From NCBI RefSeq assembly GCF_035487495.1, contig NZ_DATHMC010000181.1: a DNA stretch of 64,000 nucleotides; one strand, given 5' to 3'. The notes beneath the pieces were generated by a model. The model was not told where the DNA came from. It made no database searches and saw only the letters and a list, made by a program, of their open reading frames with translations. How positions within the stretch are numbered: position 1 is the stretch's first letter; each line of letters starts with the position of its first letter. This DNA is from Undibacterium sp. GTDB lineage: Bacteria > Pseudomonadota > Gammaproteobacteria > Burkholderiales > Burkholderiaceae_D. The position numbers were made by a program, and so were the translations under genes. Positions 63,359 to 64,000 of the stretch are shown piece by piece.

Positions 63359-64000
63359 GCCGGAAACGGCGCCTGGGATGAGGTCAAAACCGGCACGCGG
63401 CAGGCACCGGGTGCGTGCCTTGTCCTACTGGGTTGCCGCTACTTTGCCGCCACTGGCCATGACGCTGGCTGCCGGCGCGCACGCGGCGGAATGGAAAATT
63501 ACCCCTACCGTCAACCTGACTGAGACGTATACAGACAATGTCAGGCTGGCTCCCGACAATCAAAAGCAAAGCTCGTTTATTACCGCAGTAAGTCCCGGCG
63601 TGGATTTTAGCGCGGTCGGCGCGCAGGCGCGGATGAGGGTCAGCTACCAGATGCAAAACTTGTATTACACAAGAGACGCGAACGGCATAACAACCAATCA
63701 TCTGTTGAATGCCGATGGAAATACGGCATTGGTAAAGGACCTTTTTTTTTTAGACGGTAGTGCGTCCATCACACAGCAGAATCAAAACCCTTTCGGTCCG
63801 GAAGCAAACAATAATCTTAACTTGTCGTCTAACCGTACCGAGGTAAGAACCTACCGCGCGTCGCCCTATTTCAAACATGCTTTCGACAATCAGGCATCCG
63901 CAGAATTGCGCTATACGCACGATTCCGTCACCAGCAGTACCGGCGGACTGAACGACAGTACCGGCGATCAGGTTTCCTTGAGCGTTGCCAGCGGCACTGC
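63351..64000 (+). CDS. PEP-CTERM system outer-membrane beta-barrel protein (TIGR03016-like), 5' part (not in ORF track)
   Basis: Open frame from ATG 63351: ...AHA-AEWKITPTVNLTETYTDNVRL...SFITAVSPG...; runs off the window end; exact start uncertain. Confidence 0.85.
   Translation, partial: MVKPETAPGMRSKPARGRHRVRALSYWVAATLPPLAMTLAAGAHAAEWKITPTVNLTETYTDNVRLAPDNQKQSSFITAVSPGVDFSAVGAQARMRVSYQMQNLYYTRDANGITTNHLLNADGNTALVKDLFFLDGSASITQQNQNPFGPEANNNLNLSSNRTEVRTYRASPYFKHAFDNQASAELRYTHDSVTSSTGGLNDSTGDQVSLSVASGT

Overview
A 64-kb, gene-dense, GC-rich chromosomal segment. Gene content and repeat types suggest a betaproteobacterium, probably Oxalobacteraceae (inferred, no database search). From left to right: (1) an accessory-looking catabolic block (amidohydrolase end, kappa-GST/HCCA isomerase, Crp, nitronate monooxygenase family, TetR, panB); (2) LysR with hmgA-fahA; (3) sbp, a degenerate EAL gene, cysTWA and cbl; (4) a CHASE3 kinase with a REC-PAS-GGDEF-EAL partner; (5) a Fur-boxed PepSY/DUF2271/DUF4198/ApbE/flavoreductase cluster; (6) icmF with a LiuR-type palindrome and a fused IOR; (7) regulators and transporters; (8) a c-di-GMP hotspot around a perfect FNR box, containing a blue-copper protein, a membrane GGDEF-EAL, a DUF3034 barrel and an exported truncated globin with an unusual distal pocket; (9) ettA and small genes; (10) the start of a PEP-CTERM/exosortase-A EPS locus. 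Block 8 is the best candidate for an uncharacterised system: an envelope O2/redox-to-c-di-GMP relay. Three families of non-coding miniature repeats are present. I found no rRNA, tRNA, CRISPR array or intact transposase. All family assignments come from motif recognition by eye.
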